From Halorutilales archaeon Cl-col2-1 (GTDB lineage: Archaea; Halobacteriota; Halobacteria; Halobacteriales; Afararchaeaceae), in NCBI GenBank assembly GCA_041891055.1, contig CP169074.1, positions 1,728,001-1,792,000 on the forward strand: a stretch of DNA of 64,000 bases, written 5' to 3'. This document shows positions 20,069-30,526 of this stretch, one piece after another (position 1 is the stretch's first letter; every line of letters begins with the position of its first letter). A model generated the notes under the pieces. That model was given only the letters and a program-made list of their open reading frames with translations. It did no database searches and was not told the origin of the DNA. The position numbers and the translations under genes were made by a program.

Positions 20069-22357
20069 TCAGTTGCCCCTCGCCTCGTCGAGCATTATAC
20101 GTCTCTCGACCCTTGCTGTTCTGTCACGTATCTCGCCGACTGCGTCTATGTTAGCCGAGACGCTCGTGACGCCGTTCTCGATCAGGAACTCGACCATCTC
20201 GGGCTTGCTTCCCGCCTGACCACAGATGCTCGACTTGACGTCGTTTGCGTTACATTTCTCTATGACGTCCTCTATGAGAGACAGGACGGCGGGATGCATC
20301 TCGTCGTAGAGGTGTGCGACGTTCTCGTTGTTCCTGTCGACTGCGAGGGTGTACTGTGTGAGGTCGTTTGTCCCGAAGCTCACGAAGTCTATTCCCTCGT
20401 CTATCACGTCGTCTATCACGAGGGCGCTTGCGGGTGTCTCGACCATCACACCCCACGAGATGTCTTCGAGGTCGAGTCCTGCCCTCTGTATCAGACTCTT
20501 CGCCTCACGTACCTGTGACGCGTCGTGGACGAGGGGAAGCATTATCTCGACGTTGTCGTACCCCATGTCGTAGAGCTTCCTGAATGCACGGAGTTCAAGG
20601 CTGAAGAGGTCGGGCTCATCAAGTGACCTTCTTATTCCGCGGTATCCGAGCATCGGGTTGTGTTCGACGGGCTCCTCGTCTCCTCCTTCTAGGTTCCTGA
20701 ACTCGTCGCTCGGAGCGTCGAGTGTCCTGACACGTACCGGGCGCGGGTAGAATGCATCGGCTACTTCCTGTACCCCCTGTACTATTCGGTCTATGTAGGC
20801 GCGCTCGCCGTTGTCACGTATGTAACGTCCCGGAGTCTTCCCGAGGTTGAGTATCATATGTTCCATCCTCAGGAGACCCACTCCGTCGGCTCCCGTCTCC
20901 GCTGCCCTGTCGGCGGCGTCGGGTATGGAGACGTTAACCTTGACCTCGGTCGCTGTAACGGGCTGGTGGGACGACGGCTCCGTAGTCTCTGTCTCCACAT
21001 GCTTCTCGGCTTCGGTCTCTACTGTCTCACTTCTACCCCTCTTGACTGTACCTTTCTCTCCGTCTATGGTTATTACGTCGCCGTCTTCGAGGACTTCGAG
21101 AGCATTTCCGGTTCCTACGACAGCCGGACTTCCGAGTTCACGTGAGACTATCGCTGCGTGGCTCGTGAGACCCCCCTCGTTAGTCACTATACCGCCCGCG
21201 CGTTTCATCGCGGGAACCATGTCGGGGGTCGTCTGGTGGGCTACGAGTATGTTGTTTTCCTCGACCTTGTCTAGCTCGTCGAGTGTCTCGACTACACGTA
21301 CCTCACCGCTCACGAGACCCGGTGAGACGCCGAGTCCCTCCACGAGAGTCTCAGCCTCTCCCTCGGCTTCTGCCCCTGTCTCGGCAGTCGTCTCTGTCTC
21401 ATCGGACTCGGAGATTGTTGTGATTGGACGTGACTGAAGGACATAAGTCTCACCGTCCTTCATAGCCCACTCGACGTCCTGTGGCTGGTCGTAGTGGTCT
21501 TCGAGGTTCTCACCTATTTCGAGGAGTTCGAGAAGCTCGTCCTCGTCGAGAACCTGTTGGTCACGTTTGTCCTCGGGGACTTCCTCCTCGACTGTCTCCC
21601 CCTGTGCGTTCTTGACATGCATTATTCGTTTCGATGAGACTGTCGTCGAGGTGACATCCTTCGTCTCCCTGTCTATGTTGTACTTGTCGGGCGAGACAGC
21701 GCCGCTGACGACTGACTCGCCGAGACCCCACGCCGCCTCGACCACCATCTGTGGCTCTCCAGTAGAGGGATGAGAGGTAAACATGACCCCACTCTTGTCT
21801 GCGTCTATCATCTCCTGTACTACGACGGCGATGTCTACCTTGTCGTGTGGGAAGCCCTGTTCGTTCCTGTAGTAGATCGCTCTCTGTGTGAAGAGAGAAG
21901 CCCAGCACTCCCTGACGTGTTCGAGGACGTCGTCGCCGCCGTCTATGTTGAGGAAGGTCTCCTGCTGCCCCGCGAACGACGCGTCGGGGAGATCCTCCGC
22001 TGTCGCCGACGAACGTACGGCGGTGAATGCGTCGCCGTCGCCGAGAGAAGAGTAGGCTTCCTTTATGTCGTCCTCCATGTCGTCGGGGACGTCTGCCCCG
22101 AGTATGAGGTCGCGCGCCCTCGACTCCGCCTCTGCGAGAGCCTCGGAGTCGTCGGAGTCTATGTCGACAGCCTCGAAGAGCTCTTCCTCTATTCCTGTCT
22201 CCTGTATGAACCTCCTGTACGCCTGAGCCGTCACCACGAAGCCTCCGGGTACGGGAAGGTCGACCTTGAGCATCTCGCCGAGCGAAGCCGCCTTGCCCCC
22301 TACTTTGTCGAGGTCTTCCTTGCCGACCTCGTCGAGCCACAAGACTGATGGTTTCAT
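20069..22357 (-). CDS. ppsA: Phosphoenolpyruvate synthase
   Basis: Motifs VGGKAASLGE, AVRSSATAEDL, phospho-His GGLTSHAAIV and SFGTNDLTQY. Confidence 0.95.
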   Translation of the reverse strand: MKPSVLWLDEVGKEDLDKVGGKAASLGEMLKVDLPVPGGFVVTAQAYRRFIQETGIEEELFEAVDIDSDDSEALAEAESRARDLILGADVPDDMEDDIKEAYSSLGDGDAFTAVRSSATAEDLPDASFAGQQETFLNIDGGDDVLEHVRECWASLFTQRAIYYRNEQGFPHDKVDIAVVVQEMIDADKSGVMFTSHPSTGEPQMVVEAAWGLGESVVSGAVSPDKYNIDRETKDVTSTTVSSKRIMHVKNAQGETVEEEVPEDKRDQQVLDEDELLELLEIGENLEDHYDQPQDVEWAMKDGETYVLQSRPITTISESDETETTAETGAEAEGEAETLVEGLGVSPGLVSGEVRVVETLDELDKVEENNILVAHQTTPDMVPAMKRAGGIVTNEGGLTSHAAIVSRELGSPAVVGTGNALEVLEDGDVITIDGEKGTVKRGRSETVETEAEKHVETETTEPSSHQPVTATEVKVNVSIPDAADRAAETGADGVGLLRMEHMILNLGKTPGRYIRDNGERAYIDRIVQGVQEVADAFYPRPVRVRTLDAPSDEFRNLEGGDEEPVEHNPMLGYRGIRRSLDEPDLFSLELRAFRKLYDMGYDNVEIMLPLVHDASQVREAKSLIQRAGLDLEDISWGVMVETPASALVIDDVIDEGIDFVSFGTNDLTQYTLAVDRNNENVAHLYDEMHPAVLSLIEDVIEKCNANDVKSSICGQAGSKPEMVEFLIENGVTSVSANIDAVGEIRDRTARVERRIMLDEARGN

Positions 22358-22476
22358 TCTTGTTCTAAGAAAGCTTCACGCTGAATATAATGGTTTCGTT
22401 CAGGATGTCTGAGAGTCAGTTATAATAACCTGGGACGCCAACTACCCGCATTAAGAGACCAGACCCTCTTAGGTTC

Positions 22477-23532
22477 GTGGTGAGACGTCTCCCGGTATGG
22501 CTAGTCAGTCTCGGAACCGTAGCTCTCTTCGTATTCTCCGTACAGCTACTCGGTGGCGCGACACAGAGTCTCGCGCCTGTGATAGAGTCTATTCTCGAGG
22601 AGGTTGTGACTGGAGACGGTTCGGCTCTGGGTCTGGGCTGGATAGCCTCCTACCTCATAGCTAACGGCTCCGTCGTCGCGGCTGTCGCAGTCTCGTTCGT
22701 CTCGGTGGATCTACTGACCCCGTCACAGACGTACCTCATGGTGGCAGGTTCGCGTCTTGGCGGCGCGGGTATCGTGATGGTTATAGGTGGAGTGGACTAC
22801 CTGCTTGATAGACAGCATCCCTTCGGAGAGTCGGTCAGCCTCGGAAGCCTGAGCTTCGTTCTGACTTACTCCGTGTATCTCCCCGCGACAGTCCTCGGCT
22901 ACTTAGGCAAAGACAGTCTTTACCCTGTCTTCGAGACCGGAGTCAGTTCGGGATACGCGTATCTGGGAGGAGGTCTCTCTGTGAGTCCTTTTCGGTATCT
23001 CATCCGTCTATCACTCGAATTCTTCGGCGGCTTTGCCTCGGCGGTGCTGGCTGTCTTTCTTCTCTTTGGAAGCCTCAGGATACTCGACAGCCTCTCCGAA
23101 ACTATCGACATAAATCTGTTCCGGAAGAACTACCTCGACCATCTCCGCAACAGATGGCTCTGGCTACTCTTCGGTCTTATTGTGACAGCTGTCACAGCGA
23201 GTGTCGCCTTCTCGATAGGCATAACTGTGCCCTTCTACAACAGAGGCTACGTCAAACGCAAGGAGATGGTACCCTACATACTCGGCGCGAACATCAGCAC
23301 TCTCTTCGACACATTCGTAGCTAGCCTCGCACTCACTTCCCCCAAGGGAACCACCGTCATTGTCTACCTCTTCGCAGTCTCGACAGTCGTCACAGTCGGC
23401 ATACTCGTCTTCTACGACAGTTACTACGCCGGCGTCGAGTACGTACACGACCGTCTCGTCGAGGACACACGGTTCCTCGCGGGCTTCTTAGTCGTGATAC
23501 TCGGTCTGCCTCTCGGTCTCTTACTCGTCTGA
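22477..23532 (+). CDS. Putative Na+/phosphate symporter-like membrane protein
   Basis: Multi-TM with a PYILGANISTL motif typical of PNaS/NptA-like repeats. Confidence 0.6.
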   Translation: MVRRLPVWLVSLGTVALFVFSVQLLGGATQSLAPVIESILEEVVTGDGSALGLGWIASYLIANGSVVAAVAVSFVSVDLLTPSQTYLMVAGSRLGGAGIVMVIGGVDYLLDRQHPFGESVSLGSLSFVLTYSVYLPATVLGYLGKDSLYPVFETGVSSGYAYLGGGLSVSPFRYLIRLSLEFFGGFASAVLAVFLLFGSLRILDSLSETIDINLFRKNYLDHLRNRWLWLLFGLIVTAVTASVAFSIGITVPFYNRGYVKRKEMVPYILGANISTLFDTFVASLALTSPKGTTVIVYLFAVSTVVTVGILVFYDSYYAGVEYVHDRLVEDTRFLAGFLVVILGLPLGLLLV

Positions 23533-23591
23533 GACTACACGGTACGACATAATCCACATTTTTATGGCTCGTCTCCGCATAGGCGTACCCA

Positions 23592-25667
23592 ATGACCGAA
23601 GACACACCGACTGTAGTCACGTGTGCACTTCCGTATGCCAACGGGAAGGCGCATCTGGGACATCTCCGAACCTACATACCCGGCGACGCTCTCACGCGTT
23701 CACTCCGGAAGCTCGGACGTGACGTCATACTCGTCGGCGGAAGCGACATGCACGGAACCCCGATAGTCGTCAACTCGGAGGAGGAAGGCGTCGAGCCCGA
23801 GGAGTTCGCGATGAGGTACCACGAGTACTTCGAGGAGACATTCCCCGAGATAGGCGTCGAGTTCGACAGCTACGGACACACCAACCAGGACTCCAACATA
23901 AACAGGACACAGGAGATAGTCTCGACACTCCACGACGAGGGATATGTCTACGAGGACACGATGCTCGTGGCGTACGACCCCGAGGAGGACAGGACTCTCC
24001 CCGACAGGTACGTCGAGGGTACGTGTCCCTACTGTGGAGAGGAGGGCGCGAGAGGGGACGAGTGTGATGAATGTGGGCGCCATCTCGAACCCGGCGAGAT
24101 AGAAGATCCAAGATCGACTATAAGCGGAGCGCCGGCGGAGTACGTCGAACAGGAGCACTACTTCTTCGCGCTCTCGGAGTTCAAGGAGTACCTCTCGGGA
24201 TTCATAGAACGGTTAGAGGGCACATCGAACGCACAGAACCAGCCCAAGCAGTGGATCGAGGAGGGTCTCCAGGACTGGTGTATAACACGTGACATGGACT
24301 GGGGAGTACCCTTCCCCGAAGACGGTCATCAATCTTCGATTGATGAGCCTGCTGATCAGAGATCCACAGACGATGACCTCGTTCTCTACGTCTGGGTTGA
24401 CGCTCCGATAGAGTACATCGCATCGACCGAGGAGTGGGCTAAAAACAGAGGAGACGAAGACGCGTGGGAGACCTACTGGAGGGACGATGACTCCGACATA
24501 ATACACGTCATAGGCGGCGACATAATACAGCACCACACCGTCTTCTGGCCTGCGATGCTCCACGGCGCGGGCTACTCGGAGCCCGACGCTATCATGGCTT
24601 CGGGACTCGTCAAGATAAACGACAAGGCGTTCTCGACGTCGCGCGGACGCGCCGTCTGGCTCGACGACGACTACCTCGACGAGGGATTCGATCCTGACCT
24701 CATACGTTACTACATAGTCTCGTACACGGGATTCGAGAACGACCTCAACTTCTCGTGGGATCTCTTCCAGGAGAGGGTCAACAACGAGTTAGTCGGTATA
24801 CTCGGTAACTTCGTCTACAGGTCACTCCTCCTCACGAACGACCATTTCGACGAGGCTCCCGACGGAGAGATAGACGACGAGGTACGTGAGGCTATCGAGG
24901 ACGTCCGTGACCGTTTCGAGGACGCCATAGACGACTACGACCTCAAGGAGTCGGTCGATGCCGCTATGGCACTCGCCGCCTTCGGAAACGAGTACATACA
25001 GAAGAAGGAGCCGTGGCATCTCGTCGACGAAGACCCCGAAGAGGCGGGTGAGGTTCTCTTCAACTGTCTCCAGATATCGAAGGCACTCGGTCTCTTCATA
25101 GAGCCCGTGATGCCGTCTTCCGCCGAGGAGATCTGGGATCAGCTCAGAGAGGACGGCGACGTCCACGACGCCGAGTTCGACCGCGCACTCGAACCAGTCT
25201 CGGGCGAGATAGACGAGCCGCGCCAGCTATTCGAGAAGGTGAGCGACGACAAGGTCGACGAGCTCAAGTCGAGGCTAGACGAGAGGATAGGTGACGAAGA
25301 GGGAGACAAGGAAGACGACGAAGCCGTCGAACTCGAACCAGTCTCCGACGAGACCGTGAGCTTCGACGACTTCAAGAGCCTCGACCTACGTGTCGGAGAG
25401 ATACTCTCCGCCGATCCGATAGAGGACTCCGACAAGCTCGTGAAGCTTCAGGTCGACATAGGGGTCGAGGAGAGACAGTTAGTAGCCGGGGTCAAACAGC
25501 TTCACGACGTCGACGACCTGGAGGGACAGAGGATAATTGTCGTCGCCAACCTCGAACCCACCGAGATATTCGGACACGAGAGTCAGGGTATGCTCTTAGC
25601 GGCGGGCGACGAGGCTGACCTACTCACGACGGTCGGCGACGCAGAGCCCGGCGAGAGGGTGCAGTAG
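23592..25667 (+). CDS. metG: Methionine--tRNA ligase with C-terminal tRNA-binding OB domain
   Basis: Motifs LPYANG.AHLGH, CPYC/CDEC knuckle, LYVWVDAP and FSTSRG. Carries a 16-aa palindrome-derived insert. Confidence 0.95.
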   Translation: MTEDTPTVVTCALPYANGKAHLGHLRTYIPGDALTRSLRKLGRDVILVGGSDMHGTPIVVNSEEEGVEPEEFAMRYHEYFEETFPEIGVEFDSYGHTNQDSNINRTQEIVSTLHDEGYVYEDTMLVAYDPEEDRTLPDRYVEGTCPYCGEEGARGDECDECGRHLEPGEIEDPRSTISGAPAEYVEQEHYFFALSEFKEYLSGFIERLEGTSNAQNQPKQWIEEGLQDWCITRDMDWGVPFPEDGHQSSIDEPADQRSTDDDLVLYVWVDAPIEYIASTEEWAKNRGDEDAWETYWRDDDSDIIHVIGGDIIQHHTVFWPAMLHGAGYSEPDAIMASGLVKINDKAFSTSRGRAVWLDDDYLDEGFDPDLIRYYIVSYTGFENDLNFSWDLFQERVNNELVGILGNFVYRSLLLTNDHFDEAPDGEIDDEVREAIEDVRDRFEDAIDDYDLKESVDAAMALAAFGNEYIQKKEPWHLVDEDPEEAGEVLFNCLQISKALGLFIEPVMPSSAEEIWDQLREDGDVHDAEFDRALEPVSGEIDEPRQLFEKVSDDKVDELKSRLDERIGDEEGDKEDDEAVELEPVSDETVSFDDFKSLDLRVGEILSADPIEDSDKLVKLQVDIGVEERQLVAGVKQLHDVDDLEGQRIIVVANLEPTEIFGHESQGMLLAAGDEADLLTTVGDAEPGERVQ
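24325..24372 (+). repeat. 48-bp double-hairpin element inserted in frame in metG
   Basis: CATCAATC-TTC-GATTGATG-AGC-CTGCTGATC-AGA-GATCCACAG-ACG, with GACG repeated at 24321-24324 and 24369-24372. Confidence 0.85.
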
Positions 25668-25668
25668 G

Positions 25669-26292
25669 TTGCTAGTCTTAGGTGACGCACACGCCGACGA
25701 CCCCGAGAAGAGGCGCGCTCTCCTAGACGCATACGAAAGTACTGACGACGATGTCGCTTTACAGGTCGGCGACCTACTCTACTACGACCTGCCGTACGAC
25801 ACTTATTTTATAGCCGGAAACAACGAGGAGTTCGATGTCATAGACATACTCAGACGCGGCGAGACAGTCGATAATCTGTGTCTCGTGAGCCAGAGACAGA
25901 CTGTCGAGGTCGAGGGTCTGAGGATCGCGGGTCTCTCGGGCAACTACGCCCCCACGAAGTACGCCTCAAAGAGGGACGAACTCGAAGGCGACGACAGACG
26001 CCATTTCACGAGAGGGGAGGTCGAGGCGGCGAAACGTCTCGAAGACGTCGACCTCTTCTTAGCACACGAGGCTCCCCACGGTCTTTTAGAGAAAAACGGC
26101 TACGACGTCGGAAAAACTCCGATAGACGAGATTCTGCGGTCGGTCGAGCCCCAACTGTGTCTCGTGGGACACCACCACAAACACGCCGAGTCAGTCTTCG
26201 GAGAGACACGTGTCGTGAGTCTCGCTCCTGTCTGGGAGTCTTATTACAGACTCGACCCCGAGAGTCTGATACTGAAGGACAAAAGAACGTGA
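25669..26292 (+). CDS. Metallophosphoesterase
   Basis: Motifs GDAH, GDL, GNNE and GHHH. Confidence 0.85.
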   Translation: MLVLGDAHADDPEKRRALLDAYESTDDDVALQVGDLLYYDLPYDTYFIAGNNEEFDVIDILRRGETVDNLCLVSQRQTVEVEGLRIAGLSGNYAPTKYASKRDELEGDDRRHFTRGEVEAAKRLEDVDLFLAHEAPHGLLEKNGYDVGKTPIDEILRSVEPQLCLVGHHHKHAESVFGETRVVSLAPVWESYYRLDPESLILKDKRT

Positions 26293-26387
26293 ATACGAAC
26301 TCCTCCTATGAGTGGGATACAGAGAATAATACAGGTACGCATCCGACTTCCTTCGAGAAGACTGTATTCAATCTTTATTTATTTTTG

Positions 26388-26436
26388 TAACAAGATCTTT
26401 GATCTTGCTTACTCACAAAGCTTCGCTTTGTGAATG
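26388..26436. repeat. Intergenic double-hairpin element
   Basis: CAAGATC-TTT-GATCTTG-CTTAC-TCACAAAGC-TTC-GCTTTGTGA, the same architecture as the metG and bioF inserts. Confidence 0.65.
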
Positions 26437-26467
26437 TCCTTCAGTATGAGTCTCGAAAGGTTCTGAT

Positions 26468-27730
26468 TCACGTCCCGTGGCTCCAAGACTCCATGTACTC
26501 CTCCTGTTCGTCCGTGAGGCTGTCTATCTCGATTCCGAGAGAGTCGAGTTTGGTCTCGGCTAGCTCCCTGTCGACAGAGTCGGGTACCTCGTGGACTCCC
26601 GCGTCTAAGTCCTCACCGTTCTCTATGAGGTACTCGACCGACCTCGCCTGTACGCCGAACGACTGATCCATGACCTCTATGGGATGTCCCAAGCTCACAG
26701 GAGTCGCGAGGTTGACGAGACGTCCCTCGGCGAGTACGTTTATACGTCGTCCGTCCTCGGTCTCGTACTCGACTATCCCGTCACGTACCTCGCGCGTTCC
26801 GACCGAGATCTCTTCGAGCTTTTCGAGGTCTATCTCTATGTCGAAATGACCCGCGTTCGCGAGTACGGCTCCGTCTTTCATCTTCTCGAAGTGTTCCTCG
26901 ACTATCACGTCTCTGTTTCCGGTGACTGTCACGAATATGTCGCCGATCTCCGCCGCCTCGTCCATGCTCTTGACATCGTAGCCCTCCATGTGGGCTTCGA
27001 GTGCTCGTCTCGGGTCGACCTCGGTGACTATGACGTTGGCGTTGAGACCCTCCGCCTTCTTCGCGACGCCCTTGCCGCAGTTTCCGTATCCACCCACGAC
27101 GACGTTCTTACCCGCGAATAGGAGATTGGTCGTCATAGCTATGCTCGACAGAGAAGCCTCGCCCGTTCCGTGGACGTTGTCGAACTGTCTCTTCATCGGC
27201 GTGTCGTTGACCGCAAACATCGGGTAGTTGAGAGCGCCGTCTTCCTCCATCGCGCGGAGACGGTGGACTCCCGTCGTCGTCTCCTCACAGCCTCCTATAA
27301 TCGAGTCTATCATCTCGGGACGCTCCTCGTGGACGCGTAGAACGAGGTCGCCGCCGTCATCTACCGTGATGTCGGGGTCATGGTCTAGGACGGCGTCTAT
27401 CGCGTCGTAGTACTCGTCCTTGTCGACTCCGTGCTTGGCGTAGCTCGTGACGTTGTCGTTGGCATCGAGTGCCGCCGAGACGTCGTCGTGTGTCGAGAGT
27501 GGGTTACAGCCCGTGATTGCGACCTCAGCACCTCCCTCGGCTAAGAGCTCCGCGAGGACTGCTGTCTTCGCCTCGACGTGGAGTGCCATCCCTACGACGT
27601 AGCCGTCGAGCGGCTTCTCGTCCTCGAAACGGCTGCGTATCTCAGAGAGTATAGGCATGTGTTCGCGCGCCCAGTCGATCTTACGCCTTCCCGACTCACG
27701 ATCGGAGTCGGCGTGTATGTCTTCGTCCAT
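26468..27730 (-). CDS. ahcY: Adenosylhomocysteinase
   Basis: Motifs [29 protein letters not shown] and AEGRLVNL. Confidence 0.95.
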   Translation of the reverse strand: MDEDIHADSDRESGRRKIDWAREHMPILSEIRSRFEDEKPLDGYVVGMALHVEAKTAVLAELLAEGGAEVAITGCNPLSTHDDVSAALDANDNVTSYAKHGVDKDEYYDAIDAVLDHDPDITVDDGGDLVLRVHEERPEMIDSIIGGCEETTTGVHRLRAMEEDGALNYPMFAVNDTPMKRQFDNVHGTGEASLSSIAMTTNLLFAGKNVVVGGYGNCGKGVAKKAEGLNANVIVTEVDPRRALEAHMEGYDVKSMDEAAEIGDIFVTVTGNRDVIVEEHFEKMKDGAVLANAGHFDIEIDLEKLEEISVGTREVRDGIVEYETEDGRRINVLAEGRLVNLATPVSLGHPIEVMDQSFGVQARSVEYLIENGEDLDAGVHEVPDSVDRELAETKLDSLGIEIDSLTDEQEEYMESWSHGT

Positions 27731-27830
27731 GTCTCTAACTGGCTCTCAGCGGTGTAAATCCTTCCGGTCACTCACTCCCTGAGCATCAGCATCAAAAATG
27801 TGTTATACTACCCCACCGTCTGTATATGAC

Positions 27831-28292
27831 ATGTCTCGGAAGACAGCCTTAGTTACGGTCGGTCTTCTCGTAGCATCGTTGGCGTTCGCGGGAGCCGCGG
27901 GCGCTAAGACGACAGGAGCGGGTGTCTCTAACGGGGTTCTCCCACAGCAGGACAACACCACGGAGAACCTCGTCGACCAGCTTCAGGAGCTCAACAGGAC
28001 ACTAAACCAGCTTCAGGACGAGAACGAGAGACTCAGAAACCAGACACAGGAGCTGAGCCAGAGAAACGACGAGCTTGAACAGAGGCTCAACAACGTAACT
28101 ACCCAGAACGACCAGCTACGCGGTGAGCTAGAGTCGGAGCGTGAGAGGAACCAAGAGCTTCAGAGCGAGCTTAACAACACGACTTCGAACGGAGGCGGCA
28201 GCCCCCTCCCCGGATTCGGTCCCGTAGTCGCCCTCGTAGCCCTCGTGGGAGCGGGTCTCTACTCGGTCGCGCGACGCCAGACACAGAAGTAG
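27831..28292 (+). CDS. Secreted coiled-coil protein with PGF-CTERM (archaeosortase) anchor
   Basis: Signal peptide, Q/N/E heptads, then C-terminal LPGFG, TM helix and RR. Confidence 0.85.
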   Translation: MSRKTALVTVGLLVASLAFAGAAGAKTTGAGVSNGVLPQQDNTTENLVDQLQELNRTLNQLQDENERLRNQTQELSQRNDELEQRLNNVTTQNDQLRGELESERERNQELQSELNNTTSNGGGSPLPGFGPVVALVALVGAGLYSVARRQTQK

Positions 28293-28332
28293 GGTAGAAA
28301 ACTGTTTTCTTAGTTCCGTTTCGTTTCGTTTT

Positions 28333-29229
28333 TCACCAGATCTTCTCGTAGCCGTCGGCATCGACGACGACGTGGTCGGACTCCAGAAATACGTCGTCTT
28401 TCCTTACTTTACCCACACAGACAGCCTCGCCGTCTCCCGAAACAGCCACGGCTGTGTCACCGTTGTCTACTTCCTGACTCACGGTCACGACACCCGGCTC
28501 GTAGACGGGGGCACCGTGTGCAACCGCGGCGACGGCTTCGTCGGTGATCTCTATTACGGGATACTTCTCGAGAAGAACGTCTTCGAGAGGCTCCACTATC
28601 CGGCGTAGCTCCGTCTCGTCGCCCTCCTCGCGCCAGAGATGGAGAGCGTCGGAGAGATCCTGGAGGTAGACGGCGGCTTCGACGCAGAAGCCGCCGCTCG
28701 CAGTCCTTCTGAGCTCCTCCATGTGCCCTCCGGTTCCGAGAGCCAAGCCGATGTCGTGACACAGCTTACGTATGTAGGTTCCCGCGCCGCATCTCACCCT
28801 TCCGAGGACACGTCGTTCGCCTGCGCCTCCGTCGATGTCTGTCTCAAGTACATCGAGAGACTCTATCTCGCGCGTCCTGACACGTCGTCTCACGGAGCTT
28901 TTCTTCGGCGGTCGCTGGTATATCTCGCCCTCGAACTCGTCGAAGACCTCGCGGATGCGTTTCTCGTAAGTATCACCGTGAAGATTCAGAACGAAGACGT
29001 ACTCCTTGTCGGCACCCCTGAAGATACCCGAGATGCGCGCCGACTTGCCTAGGAGTACAGGAAGACAGCCTGTAACTGCAGGATCAAGAGTTCCCGTGTG
29101 TGCCGCCTTCCCGACGCCTGTCATTTCCTTGACCCACGAGACGACTTCGTGGCTCGTCGGACCCGGCGGCTTGTCCAGAATGACGTAGCCCTTACCGAGA
29201 AGGTCTTCAGGATCAGGAGTCTTCTTCAT
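28333..29229 (-). CDS. cbf5: tRNA/rRNA pseudouridine synthase Cbf5 (TruB family) with PUA domain
   Basis: Motifs DKPPGPTSHEV, HTGTLDPAVTG and GTYIRKLCHD. Confidence 0.92.
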   Translation of the reverse strand: MKKTPDPEDLLGKGYVILDKPPGPTSHEVVSWVKEMTGVGKAAHTGTLDPAVTGCLPVLLGKSARISGIFRGADKEYVFVLNLHGDTYEKRIREVFDEFEGEIYQRPPKKSSVRRRVRTREIESLDVLETDIDGGAGERRVLGRVRCGAGTYIRKLCHDIGLALGTGGHMEELRRTASGGFCVEAAVYLQDLSDALHLWREEGDETELRRIVEPLEDVLLEKYPVIEITDEAVAAVAHGAPVYEPGVVTVSQEVDNGDTAVAVSGDGEAVCVGKVRKDDVFLESDHVVVDADGYEKIW

Positions 29230-29749
29230 CGAGCCTTCTCGCCGCTGTCGCGATTATCTCCGTGACGTTCTCGGCGTTCCATTTCGATGTGTCGATCACG
29301 ATGTCGTAGACCGAGAGATCTGAGATATCGATGCCGTGGATCTCCTCGTAACGTTTCGCCTCCGACTCCTCTCTCTGTCGCAACTCCTCCCTCGCTGTCT
29401 CCGTGTCAACCTCCTCCCTGTCGGAGACACGTCTGACCCTCTCGTCGAAGGGAGCCTTGAGCCAGACCTTGAGGTCGGCGTCCTCGACCATCCAGCCCGA
29501 GAGACGTCCTTCGAGGATTATGTTGTCGCGCTCCCTTCCTATCTCCTTCTGTCTCAGATCTATCTCCTTGTCTATCTCGGGGTCTTCCTCGGCGATCTGG
29601 TTGAACTCTCCGAGTGAGACGCCGTGCTCCTTTGCGAGAGAACGGAAGACGTCGCCGCTTGAGACGTGATCCATGTCGAATACCGGAGCCAGAGCGCGTG
29701 ACGCGGTCGTGGTTCCGCTTCCGGGTGGGCCGCTGACTGTTATTATCAT
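29213..29749 (-). CDS. cmk: Cytidylate kinase
   Basis: P-loop SGPPGSGTTT and EGRLSGW. Adjacent to cbf5. Confidence 0.9.
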   Translation of the reverse strand: MIITVSGPPGSGTTTASRALAPVFDMDHVSSGDVFRSLAKEHGVSLGEFNQIAEEDPEIDKEIDLRQKEIGRERDNIILEGRLSGWMVEDADLKVWLKAPFDERVRRVSDREEVDTETAREELRQREESEAKRYEEIHGIDISDLSVYDIVIDTSKWNAENVTEIIATAARRLDEEDS

Positions 29750-29770
29750 GTACTGTCTTCGGCGGTTTTC

Positions 29771-30427
29771 CTAATCAAATCTTGTGTTTTGCTCGGCTTC
29801 TCCCCCAGAGGGTCTCATCCAGAGCCAAGCAGCGCCGACCGAGACCCCCGTGAGGACGACTGTCGCCGCGGGAAGTACGAGACCCGGGTCGTAACGGAGA
29901 GGAGGATGTAGACCAGCGGCGTAGTCGACTAAGTCGTTGAGGAGGAGTAGAACTGTCGAGGTCACGAGAGCACCCCGTGTCGCCTCCGAGTAAGCCGAAA
30001 GGACGTAAGCCTCGGGTAGGAAGAGGAGATGTGTCGCCATTATTCCCCAGTAGTTCCAGACCTCGGGGTAGTACTCGCCGAATCCGAGATTTAACGCCAC
30101 GACGGTCCAGACGGAGTACTTGACGAGCCAGACGACCGCGACTGTGTGTAGGTACGTCACTGCTGTGTTGGTCTCTGTCTCTGTCGCGTCGAAGTCCTCG
30201 CTGGCTCTCGGGAGTAGTGTGGTGAGACTCAGGAGGGCTAAGAAGAGAGCCGCGGGTGAGTCGAGGTAGAATATCCACGCGAACGGTGAGTAGTCAGGCA
30301 TCGTCTCGACGTAGAAGTCGACGCCTATCAGGAGGGCGACGAAGTTACTGAGTATGAGCCAGACGAGCGTGAGAGGCTTCGACATGAGTCTCCGAGCGTA
30401 GACGTGTTTCCGATCTGTGGGTTTCAT
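29771..30427 (-). CDS. DUF1405-like membrane protein
   Basis: Multi-TM with motifs DSPAAL, LVKYSVWT and LNDLVDY..GLHP. Start trimmed to ATG 30427. Confidence 0.7.
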   Translation of the reverse strand: MKPTDRKHVYARRLMSKPLTLVWLILSNFVALLIGVDFYVETMPDYSPFAWIFYLDSPAALFLALLSLTTLLPRASEDFDATETETNTAVTYLHTVAVVWLVKYSVWTVVALNLGFGEYYPEVWNYWGIMATHLLFLPEAYVLSAYSEATRGALVTSTVLLLLNDLVDYAAGLHPPLRYDPGLVLPAATVVLTGVSVGAAWLWMRPSGGEAEQNTRFD

Positions 30428-30526
30428 CCTAGAGTTTCGTAGTCGAGTCGGGGACGCCGGGACGAAAAGGCTTTCCACGTCAAACGAAAGAACAATCAGT
30501 TTACGCGGCTTAGAGACACCAACGAG

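Noticed and set aside
28333-29749. cmk-cbf5 detached from the ribosomal protein/secY cluster
   Set aside because: A simple rearrangement with no functional implication visible in the sequence.
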